Shown: positions 19,348-29,637, numbered from the stretch's first letter. The stretch is DNA of 64,000 nucleotides from Spirochaetia bacterium (GCA_965140585.1 OZ223264.1:256001-320000), one strand, 5' to 3'. Numbers and translations are program-made. Notes: generated from the letters alone by a model not told the origin.

Positions 19348-19376
19348 AATATATCGTGTGCGATATAAAAAGTCAA
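19348..19376 (-). promoter_or_regulatory. gpx promoter overlapped by an OhrR-type operator
   Basis: TTGACT-17-TATATT on the minus strand; palindrome TATATCG-TGTG-CGATATA (19350-19367). Confidence 0.65.
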
Positions 19377-19453
19377 GTATGAACAGAAAAATTATCAATA
19401 TTTCCAATCTTGACATCATAAAACAATGAAAGCATAGTTAACCGGGGGTATTA

Positions 19454-20083
19454 ATGAACAGAGAAAGGCTTGTTCTTGCACAGAATATTTTTTATTCAAG
19501 GTATCCTGAAGGATTTGATGATCAGAAAATGCAGGTCATTATGAAAAAGCATAACATTGAGAAAATGCAGGCCCGGGCTGCCGCTCTGCTGTCGGCTGAA
19601 GCCTTTGGTGATCGAAATAATGTTTTTGAATCTGTTAAAAAGATAATAATGCAGTCTTCTCTTGTTTCAGTCTTCGAAAAAATGCGGCTTAGAGATCTTC
19701 TTAAAGATATAAATGTGCACGAGGCCGCAGAACTCATTGACGGTATGTTTGAATATCTGCATGGAAAGCAGGATTCCGGGTTCAGGATTTTAAGCGGATT
19801 TCTGGAACGTTTCGGGCTGGCAAAATGGCCTATTGTGACGGTCTGCGGTCTTTACCATAATCCTGAGCGGGATGTTCTGATAAAACCGACAACTGTTAAG
19901 AGGGTTATCTCCTATTATAAGCTGGAGGAGCTGAAGTATGTCACTAAACCGGATTGGAATTTTTACGACAGTTACCGAAGCCGGTTCATCCAGATGAAAT
20001 CTTTGGTTTCTGCCGGGCTGCAAGTTGATAATGCCGTATTCAGCGGTTTTTTAATGATTGGCATGGAAACTCCGGATGAATAA
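19454..20083 (+). CDS. Hypothetical protein
   Basis: 209-aa ORF with plausible RBS; no function recognised. Confidence 0.7.
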   Translation: MNRERLVLAQNIFYSRYPEGFDDQKMQVIMKKHNIEKMQARAAALLSAEAFGDRNNVFESVKKIIMQSSLVSVFEKMRLRDLLKDINVHEAAELIDGMFEYLHGKQDSGFRILSGFLERFGLAKWPIVTVCGLYHNPERDVLIKPTTVKRVISYYKLEELKYVTKPDWNFYDSYRSRFIQMKSLVSAGLQVDNAVFSGFLMIGMETPDE

Positions 20084-20123
20084 GAATAAACTTATAGAAA
20101 GGAAAGGTTATAGGAGGATTGTA

Positions 20124-20510
20124 ATGAACATGAAAAAGCTGTCTCTGCTGCTGGCCCTGTCAGCTGTATTATTTTCATCCTGTACTACTTTCAGGTTCTC
20201 GGGCGCACAGGTTTCAAAAAATCTGCCCAGGTTTGATGTTCTTGGTGAATTTGAGGTTGAGGTCAAAGTTCTAGAACTTCTTGGCGCACCGGGAGGTGCG
20301 AATTTCGGAAACCTGTCGGCAACCAAAATGGATGATGCCATATATGATGCTGTTCTGGAGGAAATTGCATCCAGGAATGGAGATGCCGCTATTGATCTGT
20401 CCATAGAATATAAGGCTCAGCCGGCAGACATTCTGCTGGCGACAATAACGGGGAATATCATTTCTCCTGCTACTGCTTTTGTGTCGGGAACTGTTATATC
20501 TTTCAAATAA
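20124..20510 (+). CDS. Small lipoprotein
   Basis: AGGAGG RBS before ATG 20124; lipobox 'LFSSC'. Confidence 0.75.
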   Translation: MNMKKLSLLLALSAVLFSSCTTFRFSGAQVSKNLPRFDVLGEFEVEVKVLELLGAPGGANFGNLSATKMDDAIYDAVLEEIASRNGDAAIDLSIEYKAQPADILLATITGNIISPATAFVSGTVISFK

Positions 20511-20700
20511 AAAGTTGATTATCAAAGGCTTATGTCCGATACTCTAACAATCAGGGAATTTCACTTTTTGCACTGAAAAAATGGATTTTCGAAACTTAAT
20601 ACGTTATGATATTTATTATCAAAATGGTTCTTTTCTAATTAAATTTAAGTTTATTTGTTGACACTTTTTGCAATATGATTAACTTTGTAGATATTATTTT

Positions 20701-21189
20701 ATGTGGACATTTATGAATAAAAGAGTATTTTTGTTTCTTCTGCTTATGATAACAACTGTCAGCGTATACTCCTACGATTATAAGGAACGGGATCTCCTCG
20801 GCCTGGGGTGGACTTATACCTTTGCTCACAGTGAAGATCCAGGTATGTTCGGGCTCAGCCTTCTTTATGCTCCCATGGACTTTTTTACAGGCTTTTCAGC
20901 TCTTGTTCAGAGCGACTTCAAAACAACCGCAGAATTCGGACTTGGACTTGAAAGATATCTTATTCTTATTCCAAGTTCCGTTATAAATCAGAGGCTCTTT
21001 CACCTTTCGGTGGGAGCTCTCGGTACATATACTATTAATCAGGGCTTTGGGTATGACGTGTATTTGACCAGCGGAGTATCGTTCCCGCCTCTTCACGGGT
21101 TGGCGGTGACTCTGCTTTACAATCACATAGAATCCTTTGCATTACGTTTGGAATATTCGGGGGGCGTGTTCCTCGAAAAAAATAGATAG
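20701..21189 (+). CDS. Small exported protein, possible beta-barrel
   Basis: Signal peptide and alternating hydrophobic strands; start may be ATG 20713. Confidence 0.55.
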   Translation: MWTFMNKRVFLFLLLMITTVSVYSYDYKERDLLGLGWTYTFAHSEDPGMFGLSLLYAPMDFFTGFSALVQSDFKTTAEFGLGLERYLILIPSSVINQRLFHLSVGALGTYTINQGFGYDVYLTSGVSFPPLHGLAVTLLYNHIESFALRLEYSGGVFLEKNR

Positions 21190-21199
21190 GAGGATCTTA

Positions 21200-21556
21200 A
21201 TGAAAAAGATCGCATTAGTAGTACTTGCAGTTCTGGCAATCGTTATGATTTCAGGCTGTGCAACAACTTTCACAACAACAAACGGAAAACTCGCTTACGG
21301 TGACGTAAAGGGTACAGAAGTAGGAGAAGTTTCAGCTGAAGCTAGAATGGTTTACATTATCCACCCTTCACTTCTTTCACTCAAGGCTCCTAACGAAGAG
21401 CTCGACACAATCGTTGAACCTGCAATGGCCGAAGTTGGCGCAACTGCAGTAAAAGATGTAACAATCACAATGGAAAATGACATCATGGCTTTCCTTGCAA
21501 GCTACATCGGTTTCGGTTACCCGCTTGTAAAAGTTGATGGTATTGGCGTTAAATAA
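21200..21556 (+). CDS. Small lipoprotein, probably highly expressed
   Basis: AGGAGG RBS; lipobox 'MISGC'; visibly biased codon usage; own terminator. Confidence 0.8.
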   Translation: MKKIALVVLAVLAIVMISGCATTFTTTNGKLAYGDVKGTEVGEVSAEARMVYIIHPSLLSLKAPNEELDTIVEPAMAEVGATAVKDVTITMENDIMAFLASYIGFGYPLVKVDGIGVK

Positions 21557-21577
21557 GAATTAATTTCTTTTTAACTG

Positions 21578-21615
21578 AAGGGGTGCCGGCTGTATGGACG
21601 GTGCCCTTTTTTTTT
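21578..21615 (+). terminator. Intrinsic terminator
   Basis: AAGGGGTGCCG...CGGTGCCCTT followed by a long T-run. Confidence 0.6.
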
Positions 21616-21654
21616 CCTATAGTTTATATAAACCTTTATAGAATGGAGAAAACT

Positions 21655-21939
21655 ATGAAAATTTTATTAAAAGCTGTTGTTTTACTTTTGCTCGTCGGTG
21701 CACTTTTTTCCTGTGCAAGTCTTAATATGCCTGTAGGTGCAACTTCAAACGAAATCGGACCCCTTGTCGGTCAGTCTTCAGGAACAATCTGGTTTGGAAT
21801 GTTCGGAAATGTTGATGCAGGTGTAAGAGCCGCTGCACAGGACGGTAGAATTGTTAATATATCCACCGTTGATTTCGAAGCAAAATCTGTTCTTTTTGGT
21901 CTTGGAACCAAATTTACCTGTACTGTTACCGGAAAATAA
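21655..21939 (+). CDS. TRL-like small lipoprotein
   Basis: Lipobox 'LFSC'; 'DAGVRAAA...ISTVD...CTVTG' pattern; GGAG RBS. Confidence 0.7.
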   Translation: MKILLKAVVLLLLVGALFSCASLNMPVGATSNEIGPLVGQSSGTIWFGMFGNVDAGVRAAAQDGRIVNISTVDFEAKSVLFGLGTKFTCTVTGK

Positions 21940-21947
21940 ACAACAAA

Positions 21948-22493
21948 ATGCTCCGAAATAGACTTCTTGTCCTTGCTGTACTACCGTTAATTCTAATTTC
22001 TTGTGTTTCTGCGCCTAAGGACGATGTTGAAGTCTTTTTTCTGGGAAAAAATTCAGTACAGTACTTTTTTCCTGAAAGAGAATGGGGCTGTACTGAAGAT
22101 TATTTAAAAATAGATGCTGACTGGCTTTACCGGAATTTTGCGCTGGATGACGAACCCGGAAAACCAAGGACAATACTGAACTTTTCTCTATTTTACACAT
22201 CAGGTTTATTCAGAACTGTTCCACGGCAGATAGCATTAACGGCCGGTTCAGAAAAAATAATTATTCCTTCGGAACAAATCGAAATAATATACCGCGACAG
22301 GGGTAAAACCCGTTATACTGCCTGGCTTACTTCTCCGGAGGCTGAAAGCTTTATTAAGGGAGCTTCTGTAAATCAACCGAAACTGTCTCTTGAATATGAT
22401 AAGGCCTACGATTTTTATCCGGACGAAACCTTTAATCAGCATATCGATTATTTTCTCGAGGTTATTCTGGGACTTCCTGCATCTGAAGACTGA
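21948..22493 (+). CDS. Lipoprotein of unknown function
   Basis: Lipobox 'LISC'. Confidence 0.7.
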   Translation: MLRNRLLVLAVLPLILISCVSAPKDDVEVFFLGKNSVQYFFPEREWGCTEDYLKIDADWLYRNFALDDEPGKPRTILNFSLFYTSGLFRTVPRQIALTAGSEKIIIPSEQIEIIYRDRGKTRYTAWLTSPEAESFIKGASVNQPKLSLEYDKAYDFYPDETFNQHIDYFLEVILGLPASED

Positions 22494-22494
22494 G

Positions 22495-23379
22495 CTATGC
22501 CGGTGATGAAAAAAGAATATTCAGAAAAACAGCGCTGAGGCTGCTGAGATGCTCCTTATTCCATGCAACCAGAAATCGTGCCTGTTTAATCTCCGGCACC
22601 CTGATGAATTTAAAATTCGGATTATTCCAGATAGTGCTACCGTCATCAAGTGCAGATATTCCCATGCCTGCTTCAACCCAGAGTGCGGCCATTCTTAATG
22701 TGGGCGCCAGTCTGACTTTCGGTAAAAAACCCGCCTTTTTGCAGGAACTGTTAAGCAGATCAAGAATGTCATAACTCTCATCTTTTGAAATAGTTATGAA
22801 GGTTTCTTCTGCAAAATCTGCAAGGCTGAGCTTCTTTTCTTCCGCCTTTTTGTGATTTCCCGGAATTGCAAGATAGATTTGAATATTCTTCAATGTCTTG
22901 AAGCCTATCCGATTATGCCGGCTGATATCAAAATCCAGGGTGAATCCGATATCAAGCTGCCGGTTTTCCAGTTTTGTGAGCAGTTCTTTAAGGCCATAAT
23001 ACTCAAGACGTACATCAATATTAGGATATCTTCTGCTTATTTCAGATACTGCAGCTGCAGTTTCAGGACTTACAGTACGCTCCTCGAGATAACCGATCTT
23101 TAAAGTACCGGAAATACTCCGTTCCATCATTTTTGCTCTGTCGACAAGTTCTGTGTGGCTGCGTAATATCGATCTTAATCCCTCAAGATATAGTTTTCCC
23201 GGATCAGAGAGGTATATACGTTTTTTTATCCGCAAAAAAAGCTGAAAGCCAAGTTCTTCTTCCATGGCGGCTATCTGCCTGCTCAATGCCGATTGCGAAA
23301 GATTAAGGGCTTCGGCTGCTTCGGTGAAATTGAGCCGATCTGCCGCTTCAAGAAAGCAGTCTATCTGGGAATCTTTCAT
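22495..23379 (-). CDS. LysR family regulator
   Basis: 'LNFTEAAEALNLSQSALSRQI' HTH; divergent from an SDR gene. Confidence 0.95.
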   Translation of the reverse strand: MKDSQIDCFLEAADRLNFTEAAEALNLSQSALSRQIAAMEEELGFQLFLRIKKRIYLSDPGKLYLEGLRSILRSHTELVDRAKMMERSISGTLKIGYLEERTVSPETAAAVSEISRRYPNIDVRLEYYGLKELLTKLENRQLDIGFTLDFDISRHNRIGFKTLKNIQIYLAIPGNHKKAEEKKLSLADFAEETFITISKDESYDILDLLNSSCKKAGFLPKVRLAPTLRMAALWVEAGMGISALDDGSTIWNNPNFKFIRVPEIKQARFLVAWNKEHLSSLSAVFLNILFSSPA

Positions 23380-23422
23380 GTGCTTATTGTCCTTTTGTTT
23401 TCAGATTAAGTCAAGATTAGTT

Positions 23423-23437
23423 ATGCAAAAAATGCAT
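23423..23437. promoter_or_regulatory. LysR box
   Basis: ATGC-N7-GCAT (T-N11-A) in the lysR/SDR intergenic region. Confidence 0.6.
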
Positions 23438-23529
23438 GACCTTATCTGAAATCAATATTTCACAAGATTATCATGTGATGTTAAAATTCGCTGATTAAAT
23501 TATATCTAAATTAAAAGAGGATCTGAAAT

Positions 23530-24288
23530 ATGCGATTGAAAGATAAAGTAGCTATAATAACCGGCGGTAATTCCGGAATCGGTAAAGTGACAGCGGAAAT
23601 TTTCGCCAGGGAGGGTGCACTCCTTGTTCTTGCCGCAAGAAGAGAAAAAGAGCTTCAGGAGGTTGTTGATTCAATAAATGCTGCTGGAGGAAAGGCTGTG
23701 GGGGTGACAGGTGATGTAAGTCTGTATACCGATTGTTCAAAGATAGTGAAGGCTGCAGTTGATAATTACGGAAAGATTGACATTCTGGTAAATAACGCAG
23801 GTGTCGCGGATAAACACCGACCTATAACAAGAACTGATGCTGACTGGTGGGACCGTATTATAAAAATTAATCAGGATTCGGTTTTTTACATGTGCAAGGA
23901 AGTTCTTGAGTACATGGAACCTGCCGGAAGCGGCTCTATTATCAATATATCTTCTGTAGGTGCCGTGCGCAGCAACAGCGGAGTCTCATATACCGCTTCA
24001 AAAACTGCAGTCCTGGGAATGACAAAGAATATTGCAATTCAATTTGCCGGAAAAGGAATCAGGTGCAATGCCGTATGTCCCGGACCCACTCCGACTCCGC
24101 TTAATACGCCTGAGCAGATTGCCACATTTGACGGTGAATTTGCCGACCAGTGCAACCGTCATATGGATCTGTCTACTCCTTTTGTAACAGCAGAAGACCA
24201 GGCCATGGCTATCCTTTTCTTTGCTTCGGACGAGTCAAAAGGAATTAATGGTCAGGTCCTTACAGTTGATAACGGAATGAGTGTATAA
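23530..24288 (+). CDS. Short-chain dehydrogenase/reductase
   Basis: TGGNSGIG; NNAG; YTASK. Confidence 0.95.
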   Translation: MRLKDKVAIITGGNSGIGKVTAEIFAREGALLVLAARREKELQEVVDSINAAGGKAVGVTGDVSLYTDCSKIVKAAVDNYGKIDILVNNAGVADKHRPITRTDADWWDRIIKINQDSVFYMCKEVLEYMEPAGSGSIINISSVGAVRSNSGVSYTASKTAVLGMTKNIAIQFAGKGIRCNAVCPGPTPTPLNTPEQIATFDGEFADQCNRHMDLSTPFVTAEDQAMAILFFASDESKGINGQVLTVDNGMSV

Positions 24289-24296
24289 TACCATTC

Positions 24297-24866
24297 ATGG
24301 ATACCGTATTTTCGAAATATCAGTCAATTGTAGAAAATACGGCAACGATCTGCGATAAACTTTTTGAAAAATACAAAGAAGAAATAACCTGTTTTGCCGG
24401 CTGCGGATACTGCTGCAGCCGGCTGCATCTGCGGCCGGTTGAATTATGGGCGATAAAACGCAGGATGAAGCTTGATGGTTTTACCATACCGGATATGAAT
24501 GATTCAAAGGAATGTCCCTTCATGTCTGATGATTACAGCTGCGGGATCTACATGTACCGGCCTCTTATCTGCCGGATTCACGGTATCCCGATTAAATACA
24601 TGGTGATCGAATATGATATTGATGGAAACCGTGTAATCCATGATCCTCCCGAAATTGAAATTTATTACTGTGAACGAAACTTTGCTGAACGAACCGAGAA
24701 CGATGATTCATTTTTTTCGGTGGAAGGGAACTGTTTTGACATGGAGGCCCTGCAGGACGAGCTTGGCCAGCTGAATGAAGAATTTGTAAAAACCGCGGAA
24801 GGTTCCGAGTTCAGAAATCTCAATGACTGGGATCGTATTCTTCTTTCCGACTTTTTCAGGCCCTGA
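24297..24866 (+). CDS. YkgJ family cysteine cluster protein
   Basis: CxxGCxxCC; 'CPF...CGIY..RPLICR'. Confidence 0.88.
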   Translation: MDTVFSKYQSIVENTATICDKLFEKYKEEITCFAGCGYCCSRLHLRPVELWAIKRRMKLDGFTIPDMNDSKECPFMSDDYSCGIYMYRPLICRIHGIPIKYMVIEYDIDGNRVIHDPPEIEIYYCERNFAERTENDDSFFSVEGNCFDMEALQDELGQLNEEFVKTAEGSEFRNLNDWDRILLSDFFRP

Positions 24867-24968
24867 AAATACAAAAAACAGCAATATTACACTATCGATC
24901 CTGAAACTGCATGACTATAATTTAAATAGATAAAAAAAGGCTTTGAAAAAAAGGTAGATATAGATATA

Positions 24969-25775
24969 TTGCTATATATGAAATATTACAATAAATTGAC
25001 AATTCGGGACAGTGCGAGTAGCTCTATCTGGACAATATCAGGATACCTTCTTGTCCCGGTTGTCTGGATGGTTATATCCTTTTATAACAGAGAGTTTGCC
25101 GGAAAGCCTTTTCCCTATCCATGGGAGGCCGTCTTTGCAATATTCCATACCGATAAATCGGGAATCAATCTTTTTATTCATACCGGTGCCAGTCTTTTAA
25201 GGTGGGGCGCCGGTTTTGCACTTGCCGCACTCTCGGGTATCTTTTTGGGAATTCTTACTGCATATAACAGAAGATTTGATATTCTTCTTTCGCCGCTTGT
25301 TACCGTGATTCAGCTGATTCCCGGGCTTGCCTGGATTCCTATAGCACTCATCCTTTTCGGCCTTGGGAACTTTTCAACTATTTTCATGATTGCCGTAACC
25401 TCCCTTACCCCGGTGCTGATAAATACTAGAGGCGGGATAACACAGATTGATCCTGTGATAATTAAAGCTATACGGATGATGGAACTGAAGAAAACGGATG
25501 TATTTCGTAAAATTATCATACCGGGAGCTGCGCCTTCGGTGCTCAGCGGATTAAGAGTGGGCGCTGCAAATGGATTCAGGGTTCTTATTTCGGCTGAGAT
25601 GATAGTAGGCAGCGGTCTCGGGCTGGGGTTCAGTCTCTATCAATCGCGCTGGAGTCTTGATTATAATCTGTCTTTTGGGGCCCTTATTCTAATGGCAGCC
25701 ATCGGTCTGATTCTTGAGAGGGCTGTATTTAGCCCGATTGAAAGGCGTGTAAAACGATCACGGGGGCTTGAATAA
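24969..25775 (+). CDS. ABC permease, nitrate/sulfonate/taurine family
   Basis: 'IPGLAWIP'; 'LISAEMI'; exact start uncertain. Confidence 0.9.
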   Translation: MLYMKYYNKLTIRDSASSSIWTISGYLLVPVVWMVISFYNREFAGKPFPYPWEAVFAIFHTDKSGINLFIHTGASLLRWGAGFALAALSGIFLGILTAYNRRFDILLSPLVTVIQLIPGLAWIPIALILFGLGNFSTIFMIAVTSLTPVLINTRGGITQIDPVIIKAIRMMELKKTDVFRKIIIPGAAPSVLSGLRVGAANGFRVLISAEMIVGSGLGLGFSLYQSRWSLDYNLSFGALILMAAIGLILERAVFSPIERRVKRSRGLE

Positions 25776-26569
25776 TGCTTCAATTCAGAAATATCAGTCA
25801 CCGGTACAGCGGTAAAAATAATGTGGTTGAAGCACTGGATTGCGTAAATCTAAAAATTAATCAGGGGGAATTTGTTTGTATTCTGGGTCCCTCAGGTTGT
25901 GGAAAGACATCACTTTTAAATATGGCGGCAGGCTTTATAAAACCTTCAGAGGGAATGGTTATGTTCAAAGGAGATGAGGTTAAGGCGCCCGGACGTGACA
26001 GGGCGGTTATGTTTCAGGAATCAGCGCTTGTTCCATGGCTCACAGTCGGGCAGAATATCGAGATAGCCCTTGATGCTGAAAATGCTGTTGAGTCCGGTGA
26101 ATCAAAAACAAGGCTGGTTAATGCAGCACTCGAGACTGTCGGATTGAGAGGTTTCAACCGTGCGATGCCGCATGAACTTTCAGGCGGGATGAAGCAGAAA
26201 GCTGCAATTGCAAGAACCCTAGTCATAGGATCCGAGTTCCTACTGATGGATGAACCTTTTTCAAGTCTTGATGAACAGACAAGGCTCAGGTTGAATCGGG
26301 AACTTGTTGACATCTGGAGAAGCCGGGGTAAAACCGTATTATTTATCACACATTCTATTCAGGAGGCAGTTGTCATGTCGACAAGGATTGTTTTATTAAG
26401 TGCACGACCCGGTAGAATAACCGGAGAATGGGTTCCTGGAGATGACGGACTCAGCGGAAAGGACCGACAGAAAGCAAGGCTTGATTCGGAAAACTTTAAT
26501 CGAATGGCATCCGATATCAGAGGATCGATGGATCTGTGCTGTCCTCCGGAAGGAGAGTGCCGATGCTGA
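25775..26569 (+). CDS. ABC ATP-binding protein, NitT/TauT family
   Basis: GPSGCGKT; LSGGM; LLMDEPF. Confidence 0.93.
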   Translation: MLQFRNISHRYSGKNNVVEALDCVNLKINQGEFVCILGPSGCGKTSLLNMAAGFIKPSEGMVMFKGDEVKAPGRDRAVMFQESALVPWLTVGQNIEIALDAENAVESGESKTRLVNAALETVGLRGFNRAMPHELSGGMKQKAAIARTLVIGSEFLLMDEPFSSLDEQTRLRLNRELVDIWRSRGKTVLFITHSIQEAVVMSTRIVLLSARPGRITGEWVPGDDGLSGKDRQKARLDSENFNRMASDIRGSMDLCCPPEGECRC

Positions 26570-27501
26570 ACCGGAATAAAAAAATTCTATATTCGGCAAT
26601 TCTGCTGGTTTTTGCCGCTATTCCGGTCCTGGCATCAGGACAGAGTGATCTCCCTGTTTTTGCCTTCCAGGATCGTGTGGGTGATGCTTCGGCTATTCTG
26701 GCAGCTTCAGAGCTTGAGGCTGCCGGGGTTTTTAAAACTATTAGGTTTTCATCAGGAAACCTTTGTGCTGAAGCCCTCATTACCGCAAATGCGGATGCCG
26801 CCACCATGGGTGATGCGGTTGCGGTTAATCTTGCTTCAAGATATCCGAATATGGTTGTTATTCTTGGTGTGCACGGCGAAGGCTCGTCAAGGCACCGGCT
26901 TGTAAGCCATAATACCAATCCGGAAAAGATTGGCGTGAAATTCGGGACGAGTACCCATGCAGCTCTTCTTGCCTGGCTTGAAATAAAAGGGCTATCCGGC
27001 TCATCGCCTGATTACCCTGTCCTGATTGATATGTCTCCGTCTATTCAGATTTCTGCGCTTGAGTCGGGTGAAATTGAAGCCCTTGCAGCAAGTGAACCTA
27101 CGCCCAGCATTGCCGAAGATAAACTCTCGGAACCCGGAGGTCTTTCAGGATATTCCGCAGAGCCTCTGCAGTTGGAAGGGCGCCGCTTTCCGCTTGTTCT
27201 GGTTACTACAAGAAAATCCCTGCAAAGATATCCGGAACAGTTGGCAGAGCTTGAATCTGCGCTATTTTCAAATGGAAATCTTCTTAGCAGGAATTTGAAT
27301 GGGATTTCTTCTGCTCAGGTGGATATACTTCTATCGGTTACCGGGCTCAGCCGATCTCTTCTTGAAAAAACCCTTTCTTTCCATCAATTCGGTTTTTCCG
27401 AATTTTCCGGATACCAGCAGGAAATGTCTGCTCTGGCAGATTTCATGATGTCCGGTGGCAGTATCTCTACAGTACCTGACTGGACAAGGGTATCTGAATA
27501 A
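26563..27501 (+). CDS. ABC substrate-binding protein, SsuA/THI5-like
   Basis: Signal peptide; 'IGVKFGTSTH'; 'ASEP'; start at ATG 26563 after GGAG. Confidence 0.8.
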   Translation: MLNRNKKILYSAILLVFAAIPVLASGQSDLPVFAFQDRVGDASAILAASELEAAGVFKTIRFSSGNLCAEALITANADAATMGDAVAVNLASRYPNMVVILGVHGEGSSRHRLVSHNTNPEKIGVKFGTSTHAALLAWLEIKGLSGSSPDYPVLIDMSPSIQISALESGEIEALAASEPTPSIAEDKLSEPGGLSGYSAEPLQLEGRRFPLVLVTTRKSLQRYPEQLAELESALFSNGNLLSRNLNGISSAQVDILLSVTGLSRSLLEKTLSFHQFGFSEFSGYQQEMSALADFMMSGGSISTVPDWTRVSE

Positions 27502-27516
27502 TTCGATAATTGAATC

Positions 27517-28464
27517 ATGGAAAAAATTAAAATAGGAATAAGCAGCTGTCTTCTTGGAAATAAAGTCCGTTTTGACGGACAGCATAAACTGGACAGATTC
27601 ATAACCGGTACGCTTGGTAAATGGTGTGAATTCATCCCGGTCTGTCCCGAGGTTGAGTGCGGAATGTCAATTCCCAGAGAGAGTTTGAGGCTGGTTGGAG
27701 ATCCTGAAGATCCGCGGCTTCTAACAGGGAAGACCGGAGTTGATTTTACCCAACAAATGAAGACCTGGGCAGATGAAAGGCTGAAGAAGCTTGAATCTGA
27801 AGATCTTGTAGCCTTTATATTCAAGGCTAAAAGTCCTTCAAGCGGTCTCAGGGCTGTGAAGGTTTACGGAGAATCAGGTAATCCGGTCAGTTACCATGGG
27901 CAGGGTCTTTTTGCTGCCGCTTTTGTCGGGTATTTTCCCGATGTTCCTGTTGAAGATGAAGGGCGGCTTCATGACCCTGGCATCAGGGAGAACTTCATAG
28001 AAACTATCTTTATTCTGCAGCGGTGGCGTGAGCTTGTTGCAGGGGAAGGGCCTTCTGCCCTGGTTGATTTTCACAGCAGGCATAAATATATATTTATGGC
28101 CCACAGTCCGCAGAAACAGAAGGAAATGGGTAAGATTGTCGCCAGAGCGGGGAGCGGAAATCGTTCCGATATCCTTGATGAGTACAGGGCTGTACTTCTG
28201 AAAGCTCTTGAGATACAGAAAAACAGGAAGAAAAACTACAATGTCCTGCTGCACATGGCCGGGTATTTCCGAAAGCTCATCAGTGATGATGAACGTGCTG
28301 AGCTGCTTGAAGCTTCAGAACAGTATTATAACGAACTTGTTCCATTAATCGTTCCGCTGACATTATTCCGTCACTATGTACGAAAATACCGGGAGCCCTA
28401 TCTTGAACTGCAGTACTATCTTTATCCGCATCCGTTTGAAATGGGCCTCCTGAATCATGTCTGA
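27517..28464 (+). CDS. DUF523 + DUF1722 protein (YbgA / thiouracil desulfidase-like)
   Basis: 'SSCLLGNKVRFDG'; 'PVCPEVECG'; 'FHSRHKY..MAH'. Confidence 0.9.
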   Translation: MEKIKIGISSCLLGNKVRFDGQHKLDRFITGTLGKWCEFIPVCPEVECGMSIPRESLRLVGDPEDPRLLTGKTGVDFTQQMKTWADERLKKLESEDLVAFIFKAKSPSSGLRAVKVYGESGNPVSYHGQGLFAAAFVGYFPDVPVEDEGRLHDPGIRENFIETIFILQRWRELVAGEGPSALVDFHSRHKYIFMAHSPQKQKEMGKIVARAGSGNRSDILDEYRAVLLKALEIQKNRKKNYNVLLHMAGYFRKLISDDERAELLEASEQYYNELVPLIVPLTLFRHYVRKYREPYLELQYYLYPHPFEMGLLNHV

Positions 28465-28580
28465 AAAATAATATTTCCAGGGGTCATTCTGAAGCATTTA
28501 TACTGTTTAAGAAATATAAAATTCTTAAATCGGTAATCAGGGTTTATACTGCATTAACCGAAAGCTGCAGAGGAGCGGAG

Positions 28581-29342
28581 ATGACCGGAAATATTAAACA
28601 GTACAAAAGCAGAATCCCGAGGAAGCAGAAGGTCAGGCGGACGATTCTCTTGATCTCCTTTATGCTGTTTCCAGTTACAGTGTTTTACTTTTCACCATAT
28701 CTGATTATCATGGGTGCGGCTGAGGGGGCAGTTTCTTTCAGTTTTCTTCTGTTCACCGGGATGTTTGTCTTCTCGATGCTTTTGGGCAGGGGCTTCTGCG
28801 GATGGGTATGTCCTGCCGGCGGACTTCAGGATTGTGCTTCCGCCGGGATAGATAAGCCTGCAAGAGGCGGGAAGGCAAATTTAATCAAGTTTATTCTATG
28901 GGTTCCATGGCTTGCGGTTATTGTTCTTTTTTTTGTTAAAGCAGGCGGAATTAAAACACTTGATCCTTTCATAGGAACCGATTTCGGAATGTCTGTTACC
29001 AGACCGCAGGCTTACATCATCTACATTCCTGTTCTGCTTCTCATACTGATTCCGGCACTGACTGCCGGGAAAAGAAGTTTCTGTCATTATATATGCTGGA
29101 TGGCTCCTTTTATGATTCTGGGAAGGCGGCTGGGGCGGTTTATACGGATACCCTCTATTGGGCTGAAGTCTGATAAAGACTGCTGTGTCAAATGCGGACT
29201 TTGTTCCAGGGCCTGTCCTATGTCACTTGATGTTCTGGCCATGGTTCAGTCGCAGAATATGTTCAACGATGAATGTATACTCTGTGGTGAATGTACCGAT
29301 GTCTGCAATAAGGGAGCTCTCCGGTTTATTTTTAAACGGTAG
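28581..29342 (+). CDS. Membrane 4Fe-4S binding protein (NapH/YccM-like)
   Basis: 'FCGWVCPAG'; two CxxCxxCxxxC motifs. Confidence 0.88.
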   Translation: MTGNIKQYKSRIPRKQKVRRTILLISFMLFPVTVFYFSPYLIIMGAAEGAVSFSFLLFTGMFVFSMLLGRGFCGWVCPAGGLQDCASAGIDKPARGGKANLIKFILWVPWLAVIVLFFVKAGGIKTLDPFIGTDFGMSVTRPQAYIIYIPVLLLILIPALTAGKRSFCHYICWMAPFMILGRRLGRFIRIPSIGLKSDKDCCVKCGLCSRACPMSLDVLAMVQSQNMFNDECILCGECTDVCNKGALRFIFKR

Positions 29343-29454
29343 CCGCTCATATTATTGTATTTAAACATATTCCTTTCATAATTCATTTACATTTCCGCTG
29401 TAATAATTCTAATTTCAATTTGCAGCAGGAATAGCAGGCAGAGATTCCATATCA

Positions 29455-29637
29455 ATGATTGTGCTTTTTACCGCAGCCCTGATCGGAGGAGTCTTTTTCT
29501 GCGGCCGGCTTTGGTCAGCCGGTGTGAAAATTGCGGTACATAAGAATGTCCGGAATTTTCAGTGCATCAACTGTTTTAATTGTATAGAAGCATGCCCTGT
29601 GAAAGGCGCTTTAACATATGGTCCTGTTTTAATATGA
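29455..29637 (+). pseudogene. Internally deleted 4Fe-4S binding membrane protein remnant
   Basis: 'FFCG' segment joined almost directly to the terminal 'CINCFNCIEACP'. Confidence 0.6.
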
